A stretch of 32,000 nucleotides of DNA from an uncultured Chloroflexia bacterium (GTDB taxonomy: Bacteria > Chloroflexota > Anaerolineae > Anaerolineales > Anaerolineaceae). Below the pieces are notes generated by a model, which ran no database searches, was not told the DNA's origin, and saw only the letters and a program-made list of their open reading frames with translations. The stretch's first letter is position 1, and each line of letters opens with the position of its first letter. Position numbers and translations under genes: made by a program. Location: NCBI GenBank assembly GCA_963704755.1, contig OY969938.1, positions 3,540,001 through 3,572,000 of the forward strand. Direction: 5' to 3'. Shown one piece after another: positions 1 through 8,899 of the stretch.

Positions 1-746
1 TCCTGGCCCAGGACAAAATTGCGGTCGCGGTGCTCGCGGATACTCACCTGGCCGGAGGTGTATAAACTGAGGAACTCGCTCATGGCCTGGCAGGTGCCAT
101 TTTGCGCCAGGATCGGCGCGATTTTGGCGACCAGGGCGCGTTGGCGCTCGACCGGCAGGTCCTGGTCGAGGTCGAGCCCAAACCAGGAGCCCAGCCAGGG
201 CAGGAAAGCCGGTGGGGCCAGGTTGGGGTCGAAGTAACAGTCGACCTGGTCGATTTGGCCGGAGATGGGCTTCCAGAAGCTGTCGATCAGCATCAGAAAG
301 CGGTTGGTGAGATCGTCCCGGTTATAGATCTCGGGCAAATAACGCATCGACTCGGCGGTCCGGTTGACCAGGATGCGCTGCTCCACCCGCGCGACCGGGT
401 GGCCGGCCGGGTCGAATAGGCCGGCCTGGCAGGGCAGGTAACCCTGGGGGGCATTCAAGTCCACGCGGGCCAGGACGACCAGTTCGTCCGCGGCCGGCCG
501 GCAGCCGGGTTTCCAATCCCATTCCAGAACGATCTTGTTCTCGGTCTCGCTGGCGTACACCGGGGGATGGCCGCCAGCGTCCAGGAGGTGGAAGTCGTCG
601 AGCTTGAACAGATCCGGGAGGACGAGCTGCGCATAGCCGTTAAAACCGGGGTCCTGGATTTCTAAGCGCAGGTGGAATTCCACCGTCTCGCTCGGGTAAC
701 AGGTATAGCGGCTGGCTGCAAAGGCTAAGGTTTCTGGCAATTCCAT
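1..746 (-). CDS. Baseplate wedge protein, P2 gpI-like (Afp12/Cis12 position); 3' end lies outside the window
   Basis: Absent from the ORF track because it runs off the window. My minus-strand translation from ATG 746..744 stays open down to nt 3: MELPETLAFAASRYTCYPSE...SMRYLPEIYNRDDLTNRFLMLIDSFWKPISGQIDQVDCYFDPNLAPPAFLPWLGSWFGLDLDQDLPVERQRALV... The YLPxIY..RFL..(L/F)DP..AP..FLPWL..W.G pattern is the P2 gpI / TIGR02242 phage-tail-protein signature. It starts 5 nt after the baseplate-J stop. Confidence 0.85.
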   Translation of the reverse strand, partial: MELPETLAFAASRYTCYPSETVEFHLRLEIQDPGFNGYAQLVLPDLFKLDDFHLLDAGGHPPVYASETENKIVLEWDWKPGCRPAADELVVLARVDLNAPQGYLPCQAGLFDPAGHPVARVEQRILVNRTAESMRYLPEIYNRDDLTNRFLMLIDSFWKPISGQIDQVDCYFDPNLAPPAFLPWLGSWFGLDLDQDLPVERQRALVAKIAPILAQNGTCQAMSEFLSLYTSGQVSIREHRDRNFVLGQ

Positions 747-751
747 GGCGG

Positions 752-2854
752 TTAACTGTTCTTCCCGGTCATATGGGGCATTTCGACGATGGTGACCTGG
801 TGTTCGAGCGAGCAGACTAACCCGTTTTCCGCTATCCACAGAACGCGGCCCTGTAAGGGCTCGAGCGGTTCTTCCGGGTCGATTTCGTCCACATGCAGGC
901 GCTCGTGTTCCGGGTCCACCGGGCGCGTATTGAGCTGGACGTCCACCACGTATTTCACCCCCGGCACGCGCTGGATTAGCGAGGAAATTTCGGCCAGGAA
1001 CAGCCCGCGCCCGAAAGGCCAGCCCTCCCAATCGGCAGGCAGCAGTTCGTCGTATTCGCCGCCGGGGATCGCAATCGGCGAGAGGTAGCGCTTGAGGCAG
1101 TTGATGACCCGCGCCTGGACCAGCTCGGGCGAGTTGAAATCATCCACCACGATCTCGACCTGGGCCTGGACGCCCACGTATTTGGGCTCGCGGATCTGGA
1201 TCGAGGTGGTCAGCAGGCGGTATTGGTTGAGGTAGGCTTTGGCGTCTTTGACGAAATTGGAGGGCAGCCCCAGGTTGTACAGGTCGCCGGCCATCAATGA
1301 ATCGGCCACGGACGGCACGACCAGCAGCTCGACCGTGCCCGGCTTGAGCCCGCTGGTTTCGTCCTGGGGCGAGAGGCACTTGACCCGCGCTACGCTGCCG
1401 CTGAAGTTCTTGACCAGCAACTCGTAATCCTGAACCGTCACGGCCCGTTTTTGGGCCTGGAGTTCGCGCTGGGCGCGCATCTTGATCTCTTCCAGGGTCT
1501 CCTGGTCGCGGCCGCCGCTGGCGCGGTGCAGGTTGTTGACCCGCGCGAGGTAGGCATAGGAAGCGGTCAATACCTGCAGTGAGTTTTCAGGCACGTTGCC
1601 CTGCGAGCCGCTGCCGAAGCGGTAGCGGTGGAAGCGCACCCCGCGGCCGTTCTCGGGAATGCGGCCGTACTGGCGGATGGTGCCGTCCGGCTGGCGCACG
1701 GCCGGCCCCAGTGAGACCGTCCCGTTGGCCGGGTCGAGCTTGAAATGGCGGTCGAAAAGGGTCGAATTGGCAAAGCTCTGCACACAGGTCCAGGACACGA
1801 AAACCGTCTCGTCGTTGCGGTTCTCTTCGATTTCCAGAGTCTCGCCTTCTTGCAGCGACAGCACGGGGAAGTTTTGCAGGTGGAACTCCTGGCCCGGGTC
1901 GCCGTTGCTCTGGCCGAGGTGTTCGTTATCCACCACCTGCGAATGAGTGGCCGAAATGGTCACGCCGATCGATTCGGCCGTCAGCGAGACGATGCGCGGG
2001 GAGGCGGTGTAAAAACCTTGGGTCTCATTGCGCTGTTCGTAGCGGCAGCGCAGCCAGTAGCCGGATTGTCCGTAGACGGTATCCGGTAAGGCGGAGATGG
2101 GCAGGTACAGCACCAGCGCGCCGGAGGGGTTGTTCAGGCCGCCGGTGGTGTCCTTTTCGCCGGAGAAGCTGCTGGGATGGATTTCTTTCCAGGCGCCGTT
2201 GCCGAGCGAGCACTCCCACACCAAAGGCGGGTCCTGGCGGCGGATGCCGACCGCTTCGGTGGGCTCGCAGGTAAAGTTGAGCCGCAAAATGTGCCCGCTG
2301 ATGTCCTTATCCAGGTTGAAACCGATATAGAAGGTATCCCCCTGGCGGGGCTTCTCCTGGAAAGGTTGGAAAAGCTCGATGCCCAGCCGGGGCAGGTAAT
2401 TGCGATGGTATTCGCCGTCCTTGCGCAGTTGGGTCAACTGGGGCGGAAAGACCTCTTTGGTATAGTCGGTCGAGAAGGTAATCTCCTCGGCGCTGCTGCC
2501 GCTGGCCGTGCGGACCTGCAATCCTTGCGGCACGGTGACGGTCTGCTGGCTTTCTTCATCGATGGGCAGCGAGGTGGAAAGCCAGAAGGTCAGGTCGGTG
2601 GTCGAGCTGCAAGCCGGCTGGAACTGCAAGCCCAGCAGGTCGAGGAACTTGATGTAGTTTTTCTCGGGCACGCGGTTGAGACGGTAGGTCAGCAGTTCCG
2701 TCATCCAGGCAAACAGCTCGATCAGGGTGATCCCCGGATCGCTCAGGTTGTATTCGGTCCATTCGGGACAATAATGGATGATGCGTTTGCGGGCTTCGTC
2801 CACCAAATCGCGCTGAAAACGCAGGTCATCCAGGTTAGGGCTTGGTAAGGGCAT
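752..2854 (-). CDS. Baseplate J-like protein (Afp11/Cis11 position, T4 gp6 analogue)
   Basis: 700-aa ORF. The N-terminus LPSPNLDDLRFQRDLVDEARKRI..CPEWTEYNLSDPGITLIELFAWMTELLTYRLNRVPEKNYIKFLDLLG is a typical Baseplate_J / eCIS baseplate assembly protein opening. A GAGAGGA Shine-Dalgarno lies upstream of ATG 2854. Synteny is gp25 -> J -> I. Confidence 0.9.
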   Translation of the reverse strand: MPLPSPNLDDLRFQRDLVDEARKRIIHYCPEWTEYNLSDPGITLIELFAWMTELLTYRLNRVPEKNYIKFLDLLGLQFQPACSSTTDLTFWLSTSLPIDEESQQTVTVPQGLQVRTASGSSAEEITFSTDYTKEVFPPQLTQLRKDGEYHRNYLPRLGIELFQPFQEKPRQGDTFYIGFNLDKDISGHILRLNFTCEPTEAVGIRRQDPPLVWECSLGNGAWKEIHPSSFSGEKDTTGGLNNPSGALVLYLPISALPDTVYGQSGYWLRCRYEQRNETQGFYTASPRIVSLTAESIGVTISATHSQVVDNEHLGQSNGDPGQEFHLQNFPVLSLQEGETLEIEENRNDETVFVSWTCVQSFANSTLFDRHFKLDPANGTVSLGPAVRQPDGTIRQYGRIPENGRGVRFHRYRFGSGSQGNVPENSLQVLTASYAYLARVNNLHRASGGRDQETLEEIKMRAQRELQAQKRAVTVQDYELLVKNFSGSVARVKCLSPQDETSGLKPGTVELLVVPSVADSLMAGDLYNLGLPSNFVKDAKAYLNQYRLLTTSIQIREPKYVGVQAQVEIVVDDFNSPELVQARVINCLKRYLSPIAIPGGEYDELLPADWEGWPFGRGLFLAEISSLIQRVPGVKYVVDVQLNTRPVDPEHERLHVDEIDPEEPLEPLQGRVLWIAENGLVCSLEHQVTIVEMPHMTGKNS

Positions 2855-2929
2855 ATTGGTTTCCTCTCGCTATGGATGTAGAGGGTGCATAAAAGATCTG
2901 TTTTAACGGCTCAACGTCGTTCGGTAAAT

Positions 2930-2984
2930 CCCTAATTTGAGATGTTTGTTGGGGCAAAGCCCCAACAAACATCTCAAATTAGGG
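2930..2984 (-). promoter_or_regulatory. 25-bp perfect inverted repeat (RNA hairpin) in the 152-bp gap between gp25 and baseplate J
   Basis: The left arm ccctaatttgagatgtttgttgggg (2930-2954) is the exact reverse complement of ccccaacaaacatctcaaattaggg (2960-2984). The loop is caaag. No U-tract of more than 3 follows on either strand. Confidence 0.6.
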
Positions 2985-3006
2985 GGATTGCAGGTTAATG
3001 AACCGG

Positions 3007-3420
3007 CTACCATTCTTCTTGCGCTTCGATAAAAAATGGGTATACGATGCTGCGCTGGTCGTGCGAAGACTTGATCTGGTAGTCGATGTACACCAGCACG
3101 GCCCCATCGATATCGGGGTCGAACTCGGGCCGCACGTCCACGACCTGGATGCGCGGTTCCCAGCGCGCCAATGCTTTGGTGACCGAGGTGCGGATGCGGC
3201 CGGCCAGGACGGCGTCGCGCGGCTCGAAGACCAGGTCCTGGACCTCGCAGCCGAATTCCGGGCGCATGACCCGCTCGCCGATGCGGGTGCCCAGGATGAT
3301 GCCGATGGATTGTTCGATGTCTTTTTCGGCGCTGACCAGCTCGAAAGCACCCAGGGCGTTGACGCGGATGGGAAAATTGAGGCCGGAGCCGAGGAAGGCT
3401 GTGCGGGGGTTTTCGCTCAT
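3007..3420 (-). CDS. gp25/GPW baseplate wedge protein (Afp9/Cis9 position)
   Basis: 137 aa. IEQSIGIILGTRIGERVMRPEFGCEVQDLVFEP is the GPW_gp25 core motif (i.qSi..iL.T..GER.m.P.fG..l..l.F.p). Confidence 0.92.
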   Translation of the reverse strand: MSENPRTAFLGSGLNFPIRVNALGAFELVSAEKDIEQSIGIILGTRIGERVMRPEFGCEVQDLVFEPRDAVLAGRIRTSVTKALARWEPRIQVVDVRPEFDPDIDGAVLVYIDYQIKSSHDQRSIVYPFFIEAQEEW

Positions 3421-3431
3421 GGTTTCTCTTT

Positions 3432-3719
3432 CTAGCCGCCGATCATAACTTTCAAGGCGCCTTTTGCGACGGTGGTGGATACGGGCACGCCGGTGGCCGG
3501 GTTGGCGCCGGCGACAACGCTGGTCACCCGCGCGGCCGGCCGCCCGCCGATCAGCACAGTCAGGCTGCCCATGGTGATGGAGCCCACACAGGCGGCCCCG
3601 TTGACCAGGTCGCCCACCACCGAGGCCGGCAGGTTTTCGATCAACACGGTCGGCACGCCTGGCCCGGTGATGGTGTCACCGGTGGCGGTCATATCACTAA
3701 CGCGTGCGGCTGGAAACAT
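3432..3719 (-). CDS. PAAR-domain spike tip protein
   Basis: 95 aa with two literal PAAR motifs (MFPAARVSD, GGRPAARVTS). It is Gly/Val-rich with small beta-cone-like composition. An AGGAGAA RBS precedes ATG 3719. Confidence 0.92.
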   Translation of the reverse strand: MFPAARVSDMTATGDTITGPGVPTVLIENLPASVVGDLVNGAACVGSITMGSLTVLIGGRPAARVTSVVAGANPATGVPVSTTVAKGALKVMIGG

Positions 3720-3756
3720 TGTTTGTTCTCCTGAATTTTTTACTGTTAATCAACAG

Positions 3757-5658
3757 TTAGTTAATCTTGACCAGGCCGCCCTTGATTTCTGCGATGCCCT
3801 GGCCGTTGAGGGACAGCAGCGAGTTGGCCTTTACGTCCACTTTCATGCCGGCCACCTCGACGCCGGCCATTTTGATGGACACCTGGTTGCCGCCCGGGGC
3901 CTTGAGCACCACCTCTTTTTTAGAGTCGACCGTAAAGCCTTGCTGGAGGGAAAATTGGGCATTGGCTTTGGAATCAAAGGTCATGTCGCCCTGGCTCTTG
4001 ACGATAAATTTGCCGCCGGCTTCGATCACGAAATCCTTCTTGGATTTGAAGGTGATCGTGTCCTCCTTCGAGTCGATCACAATACTGTTCTGGCCGTCCT
4101 TGTCTTGAATGATGATCTGTTCTTTGTTTTCGGTGTCGTCCAGGATGACGGCGTGGCCGCTGCGCGAGCGGATGACGCGCTGGTTGACCTTGTTGTTTTC
4201 CTGCACCTTGGCGGATGTGCCCTTGGGCGGGGTGTCCTTCTTGTTCCACAATCCGCCGATAATGAAGGGGAAGTTGATGTCGCCGTGGTCGAAGGCCACC
4301 AAGACCTCGTCGTTGATCTCGGGGGTGAAGAAGATACCGCGGTCTTTGCCGCCGCCCAGGGTGGCCAGGCGGGCCCAGTTGCTGGAAAGCTCGCCGGCCT
4401 TGCCGCCGGGGGTCAGCCAGGGAAATTTGACTTTGATGCGCCCGAGGTTGTCCGGGTCGTTGATCTCGGTCACCAGACCGATGACCGCACCGCTAACTTT
4501 TTTGCTCTCGGGGGCGCGCCCGGCGTGCAGCAGGCTGTACAGGGTGTGCGGGCTGCTGCCGGAAAGGTCGAAATTGACGGTATACTGGCCGCGGCTGATG
4601 TGATGGCGGGCTTTGGTCACCGTGTAGGTGCCGGAAAAACGCTTGCCCACGTTGGCAATTTTGACCTGGCACCCGGCCAGCACGTTGGGGTTGCCGTCGG
4701 CCAGGTAGCCGCTGGCCTGGATAAAGTTGCTCTCGCGGGCGGAGAAATCGGCCCCGGCGATGGCCTTGAGCAGGTCCACGGTAAAGGCCGGCTGGTCCAC
4801 CACCACGTCTTCGGCGGCCCCAAAGGCTTTCTTGAGCGCGGCGCTGCCGGTATCGCTGATGCCGGTCTTGGGGGCATTGCTGGTCGCGGCGGAAGTGGCC
4901 TGGCCGACGAAGGCGGTCTTTTGATCCGGGTTCCAGCCATAGGCGGCCGTTTCGGAGACCTGGTTCATCAGGGATATGCGCGGCTCGAAGCTGGTCAGGT
5001 TGTTGCCCCACTCCAGGGTAACCGGCTGCCCGGTTTTGCGGGCTGTGTCGGCCTTCTGGAAGCAGAGAGTCTTATCGTCACAATAGACCTGGTACCCCAC
5101 CTGGCAGGCGCGCGACCAGAGGTAGTCCCAATCAGACTGGTTGTACTGCATCATGTAGGGATATTTAAGACTAGAAATGCCCGACGAATCGATCTTGGAG
5201 GAAAGCCCGGCGTCCTGGATGATTTTGGAGATGATCTGCTGCTCGGAGATCGAGCCGGGCTGCCCGTCCCCGAAGGTACGGGTCTTCTTGCCGCGGGTCA
5301 GGCGGTGCGATCGGTCGTATCCGCGCACGCGGAAAAGCGGTTTGCTGTCACGGCCGTAGACCGGTTCGACCGAAGTGATTTCGCCGGCAAACAACTGCCC
5401 CTTGATCTTTTCAGCGATACCGTCCCAATTGACCTCCATTGTAATTTCGACCGGCGCCCCGATTTTAAAGGTGTCGCTGTCGGCGTATTTCATGCTGTGG
5501 GTCTTCTCGTTCTCGTCATCCAGCAGAGTGACCGAGAACATGGCCGGCAGGAACGCATCGGTATCCACCACCAGCTCGACCAGGTCGTCCAGGTCCTGGT
5601 CCTTGATGGCGGTCCCGTTTACTTTCAGGGTTACGAGTGAATCCAGCTTGGTCGGCAT
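3757..5658 (-). CDS. VgrG-like spike (phage gpD + gp5/base_V OB-fold + C-terminal beta-helix; Afp8/Cis8 position)
   Basis: 633 aa. GRIKVKFPWLTPGGKAGELSSNWARLATLGGGKDRGIFFTPEINDEVLVAFDHGDINFPFIIGGLWN is the classic Phage_base_V/VgrG OB-fold motif. The N-terminal half is gpD-like and the C-terminus has repetitive beta-helix-like K/D/V-rich strands. Confidence 0.92.
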   Translation of the reverse strand: MPTKLDSLVTLKVNGTAIKDQDLDDLVELVVDTDAFLPAMFSVTLLDDENEKTHSMKYADSDTFKIGAPVEITMEVNWDGIAEKIKGQLFAGEITSVEPVYGRDSKPLFRVRGYDRSHRLTRGKKTRTFGDGQPGSISEQQIISKIIQDAGLSSKIDSSGISSLKYPYMMQYNQSDWDYLWSRACQVGYQVYCDDKTLCFQKADTARKTGQPVTLEWGNNLTSFEPRISLMNQVSETAAYGWNPDQKTAFVGQATSAATSNAPKTGISDTGSAALKKAFGAAEDVVVDQPAFTVDLLKAIAGADFSARESNFIQASGYLADGNPNVLAGCQVKIANVGKRFSGTYTVTKARHHISRGQYTVNFDLSGSSPHTLYSLLHAGRAPESKKVSGAVIGLVTEINDPDNLGRIKVKFPWLTPGGKAGELSSNWARLATLGGGKDRGIFFTPEINDEVLVAFDHGDINFPFIIGGLWNKKDTPPKGTSAKVQENNKVNQRVIRSRSGHAVILDDTENKEQIIIQDKDGQNSIVIDSKEDTITFKSKKDFVIEAGGKFIVKSQGDMTFDSKANAQFSLQQGFTVDSKKEVVLKAPGGNQVSIKMAGVEVAGMKVDVKANSLLSLNGQGIAEIKGGLVKIN

Positions 5659-5661
5659 AGC

Positions 5662-6360
5662 TTAATCCAGGGGCGGGATAATCAATACCTGCCCGGGTCT
5701 CAATGATTCGACGTGGTCGATATGGTTCACCTCGGCCAGGTTGCGCCAGAAGTGCGGCTGCCCGTATTCTTCGTAGGCGATCGTGTCCAGCCTTTCGCCG
5801 GACTGGACGATGCGGGTCTTGCGCGGTTCGGTGCGCGAGGTCGGGTTCTGAGGCGGCAGGGGATCGTCGTCGTGATCGTTTTGGGTAAAGGTGATGGCCG
5901 CCCGGGCGCGGATAGGGGTGCCATCGGCCAGGAAGAGCACATAGGTAATGGTCAGGCTGGTGATCACCGCCTGGAACAGCTCGAATTTGCCCCACACAAA
6001 GGCCACCGTGGGCGGCTCCAGCAGCACGTCACTCTTGCCGTGACTGCCGCCGCCCTTCAGGGTCAGGCTGAGGAGCTGGTTGGTATAGGCCCGCACGTCG
6101 TCGCCGCTGCCGGAAGTGTCGAAGGTCAGGTTGATCTGGCAGGTGGTGGGTGGGCTGCCCTGGAACTGCATAATGGCCGAGTTGAGCAGCGGCAGGGTGG
6201 TCCCGTTCCAGTTGACCTGGCGCGAGATCGACAGCTCCTGGGGGTTGAACTGGCAGGGGATGGATTGGCTCGTGCCGACCACCACGATCTTGGCTTTTTG
6301 CAGGTTATTCTGGTGCCCGAAGACCATTTCGGAGGCTTTGTTTTTCAGGGTATCAAGCAT
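5662..6360 (-). CDS. LysM-containing tube-initiator / gpX-like protein (Afp7/Cis7 position)
   Basis: 232 aa. The N-terminal tube-like fold segment is AKIVVVGTSQSIPCQFNPQELSISRQVNW. The C-terminal LysM is RIVQSGERLDTIAYEEYGQPHFWRNLAEVNHIDHVESLRPGQVLIIPP. The stop lies 3 nt before the VgrG start. Confidence 0.85.
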   Translation of the reverse strand: MLDTLKNKASEMVFGHQNNLQKAKIVVVGTSQSIPCQFNPQELSISRQVNWNGTTLPLLNSAIMQFQGSPPTTCQINLTFDTSGSGDDVRAYTNQLLSLTLKGGGSHGKSDVLLEPPTVAFVWGKFELFQAVITSLTITYVLFLADGTPIRARAAITFTQNDHDDDPLPPQNPTSRTEPRKTRIVQSGERLDTIAYEEYGQPHFWRNLAEVNHIDHVESLRPGQVLIIPPLD

Positions 6361-6380
6361 TTACGTCTCACTTTCTTCCT

Positions 6381-8897
6381 TCAAGAACGCCAGCTTCCAT
6401 TGAAGGAACGCTCTTTTTCGATTTCCAGCTTGCGTAAAAGGATGGGATAGACCTGGCTGGCGATCTGATCCAGGTCGAGGGCCTGGCGAGGATTGGGCTG
6501 GGGCTGGGCTTGCGGCTCGGGACTGCCGGCTGTTGCCGGTTCGAGGGCTGCACCACCGCCGCTGGAAGGGTCTGCCGCCGTGCGCTGGACCAGGCCGGTG
6601 TCGGCCGGCGCCGGGGCCGGATGGGGCAGCGGCAGGGGCATCTCGGCATAGGCAGCCGGCTTTGCGGATGGGTGCGGGCTCTCGGTGGCCGGCTCCCGTT
6701 GGACGGTGGCATTGGCCGGCGTCGAAGGTGGGGCTGCCGGGTGAGCCAGCGTCCGCTCGAGCGGCTGCACGGCTTTGGCGGCTGCATGGGCGGCATACTT
6801 GCGCTGGATCTGTTGGGGCAAGGTTCGCTCCGGCCGGGGCTGGATTAGCGCCGGGGCTGATGCCGTCCGGGCCGGCCGGGCGATCAACGCGGCAATTTGG
6901 GCAGGGCGCGCAGCCTGGCCGGGCCGTGGCAGGGGAACTGCCTGGACGACGGGTGGTTGCCTGCCGGGGAGTGAAAGCGGTGCCTGGGGGCCAGGCAGTG
7001 GGGAAAGCGGTTGGGAATCCGGCCGCGCGGGTTGGGCGGCGATGCCTGGGCGCCGTTCGGGCGTGGGGCGATCGGCAGATTTTGGGCTAATCTGCCGCTG
7101 GATCAGCGCCGGCCGGCCGGGCTGGGACATACGCCGTAAGGGGGGCCGGGTTAGCAAAGGAACGGCCCGGCCGAAACGCTTGAGTGGAAGGCCCAGGCGC
7201 TTTTGCTCGCCGCCCGGTTCTACCGGGATTGCCAATCGAGGCGCAGGCCCAAGCGGGCGGGCCGGATTGGCCTCGGAAGGGAAGGGCAGTTCGAGTGCAG
7301 AGCGCTGCTCCGCGTTGGCGGCCGGGGGAGGGGTCGCTGCTGGTAGAGGGGTCGCTGCCGGTCGCGGCAGCACCATCTCACGCTGAACGGCAAGTGGCGC
7401 GGGTCGCTGCGCCGGCCGGGCAAATTTGCGCAGGGGCAGGCGGGCCAGCTTGATTTCCTGGATCTTGCGAACGGGTGAGCTGAGACGGGCCGGCGGCCGG
7501 TGCGGCTGGCGCAGGAGATGCGGCCTGGGGTTGGAAAGGGGTGTCGCCGGAAGGCTGGCCGGGGTTGTCGCGGCTGGCCGGGGGGTAAGCTCCGCCGGAG
7601 TGGGCCGGGTTGGGACAGGGGCCGGCCCGGTCGATCGGTCCGTCTCCTGTGCGGGATCTGGTTCCACCGGCGCGTGCGGATATTCACGCCGCACCTGGGA
7701 AGCAATGGCTTCGCGCTGGACCGTTCCGGCGGATTCTGGCGGTCGCGCAGCCGGCCGGCTCACCGGGCGGGCCTCGATCCGCCGGGGCGCCGGGGCGGGG
7801 ATATCGTGATGGGTCGTCGCCGGTGTTTTGGATGCAACCGGCGCTGTGCTTGTGGGAGGTTCAGGTTCCGGTTGGACGAGCGCTGCCGGGCGAGGATTTT
7901 CCGCTTCAGGTTGGCGGCCTGGCTCCTGGGAGCGAGGGGCTAAATCTGCGGGCGGCCTTTGCGGGGAGTTAATTGGGGGCTCGCCGGTGGCCTGGTTGGG
8001 CCGGTTGAGCGGCCGGGCGGGCATGCGCTGGACGGTGGGCGGCTCGCTCCGGGCAGGCGCTTTGGATGGCGGAAGCTGGCTTGGGCGGCGAACGACCGGG
8101 ACCTGGTAAGTCTCAATTGGCGGCCGTGCGGGGGCAGGCGCTTCGGCTTGGGCGGGCCGGGTGGGCTGGCCGGCCTTGAAGGGACGCTCTGGCGTTGAAG
8201 GGGCGACCTCTCTTTGAACAGCCGCCAGCGACTGCGGTACCAGTCTGGGACTTGCCGGTTCAACAGGCGCGATTTCCCGTTGGACGGTAGGGGCTGAAGG
8301 CGAGTTGGCGGCAGGCGCTTCGCCTGCGCTCGAATTATCGCCTTTCGGGTGCACCTCTTCAATGCGGCTGTGGATGCGCTGGCTGGGCAGTACGACCGGC
8401 TTTTTGGCCGCCGGCCTGGCGGCCGGGCGCATATTTTCCGGGATATAGTTCGGGTCGTTCTCTTTGCGTGGAATGACCTGCCCGACAGACAGCGAGGGTA
8501 CACCCAAATTCCCCTGGGTGAGCGGGCTGCTGCCCGCTAGTAGGTTCGGGCCGGCCGGGGCGCCTGCGCCGGGCAGGGCCAATTCCAGCGACGGCCAGGC
8601 TGTGGAGGTTTCTCGTTTGGCCTGCCCGGTATGGATCAATTTGTGCTGCAAATCGCCCAGGTAGCGGCTCTTGAACTGGCGGTAAAGGTCGCCGGGCAGA
8701 CTGCCGGCGGTAATTTTCCCGATTTTCTGCGCGCGGTTCTGCAAGGTAAAAAGATTGCGCTGTTTGAATTTCTGGCTGAAATGAATGTTGGATTCGGCCA
8801 GAATACGGCCAGAGACCGGCGGGCTGGAAGGACCGGCCGGGGCTGGCCCAGTTTTGGGCACGATTCCGCGGAAAATGGGAGGCAAATCTATGGGCAT
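6381..8897 (-). CDS. 838-aa Pro/Ala/Arg-rich low-complexity protein in the tape-measure slot (function unproven)
   Basis: Longest ORF on the operon strand. ATG 8897 lies 2 nt after the stop of the upstream tube-like gene, and the stop lies 20 nt before the LysM gene. Only the ends look ordered: residues 1-110, and the C-terminal LDLDQIASQVYPILLRKLEIEKERSF. The interior carries nine [VI]QR motifs. No family was recognised. Confidence 0.7.
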   Translation of the reverse strand: MPIDLPPIFRGIVPKTGPAPAGPSSPPVSGRILAESNIHFSQKFKQRNLFTLQNRAQKIGKITAGSLPGDLYRQFKSRYLGDLQHKLIHTGQAKRETSTAWPSLELALPGAGAPAGPNLLAGSSPLTQGNLGVPSLSVGQVIPRKENDPNYIPENMRPAARPAAKKPVVLPSQRIHSRIEEVHPKGDNSSAGEAPAANSPSAPTVQREIAPVEPASPRLVPQSLAAVQREVAPSTPERPFKAGQPTRPAQAEAPAPARPPIETYQVPVVRRPSQLPPSKAPARSEPPTVQRMPARPLNRPNQATGEPPINSPQRPPADLAPRSQEPGRQPEAENPRPAALVQPEPEPPTSTAPVASKTPATTHHDIPAPAPRRIEARPVSRPAARPPESAGTVQREAIASQVRREYPHAPVEPDPAQETDRSTGPAPVPTRPTPAELTPRPAATTPASLPATPLSNPRPHLLRQPHRPPARLSSPVRKIQEIKLARLPLRKFARPAQRPAPLAVQREMVLPRPAATPLPAATPPPAANAEQRSALELPFPSEANPARPLGPAPRLAIPVEPGGEQKRLGLPLKRFGRAVPLLTRPPLRRMSQPGRPALIQRQISPKSADRPTPERRPGIAAQPARPDSQPLSPLPGPQAPLSLPGRQPPVVQAVPLPRPGQAARPAQIAALIARPARTASAPALIQPRPERTLPQQIQRKYAAHAAAKAVQPLERTLAHPAAPPSTPANATVQREPATESPHPSAKPAAYAEMPLPLPHPAPAPADTGLVQRTAADPSSGGGAALEPATAGSPEPQAQPQPNPRQALDLDQIASQVYPILLRKLEIEKERSFNGSWRS

Positions 8898-8899
8898 GG

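Noticed and set aside
2930-2984. Reading the 25-bp hairpin as a canonical Rho-independent terminator
   Set aside because: No U-tract follows it on either strand (AUUUACC on minus, GGAUUGC on plus), and the downstream baseplate genes clearly belong to the same operon. It is kept as a regulatory or processing candidate instead.
3472-5640. 722-aa plus-strand ORF antisense to the PAAR and VgrG genes
   Set aside because: Its composition is G/A/V/L/D/R-dominated low complexity, typical of the antisense frame of high-GC genes. It carries no recognisable motif. It lies almost entirely opposite a gene with unmistakable VgrG/base_V signatures.
6368-8503. Several alternative-frame ORFs (for example 6368-6796, 7220-7705 and 7940-8503 on minus, and many on plus) within the Pro-rich gene
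   Set aside because: All are shorter fragments in other frames of very GC-rich DNA. Only the 838-aa frame runs uninterrupted from a start 2 nt after the upstream gene's stop to a stop 20 nt before the downstream gene's start. It also has ordered-looking termini. The chosen frame is itself low complexity, so its call is given only moderate confidence.
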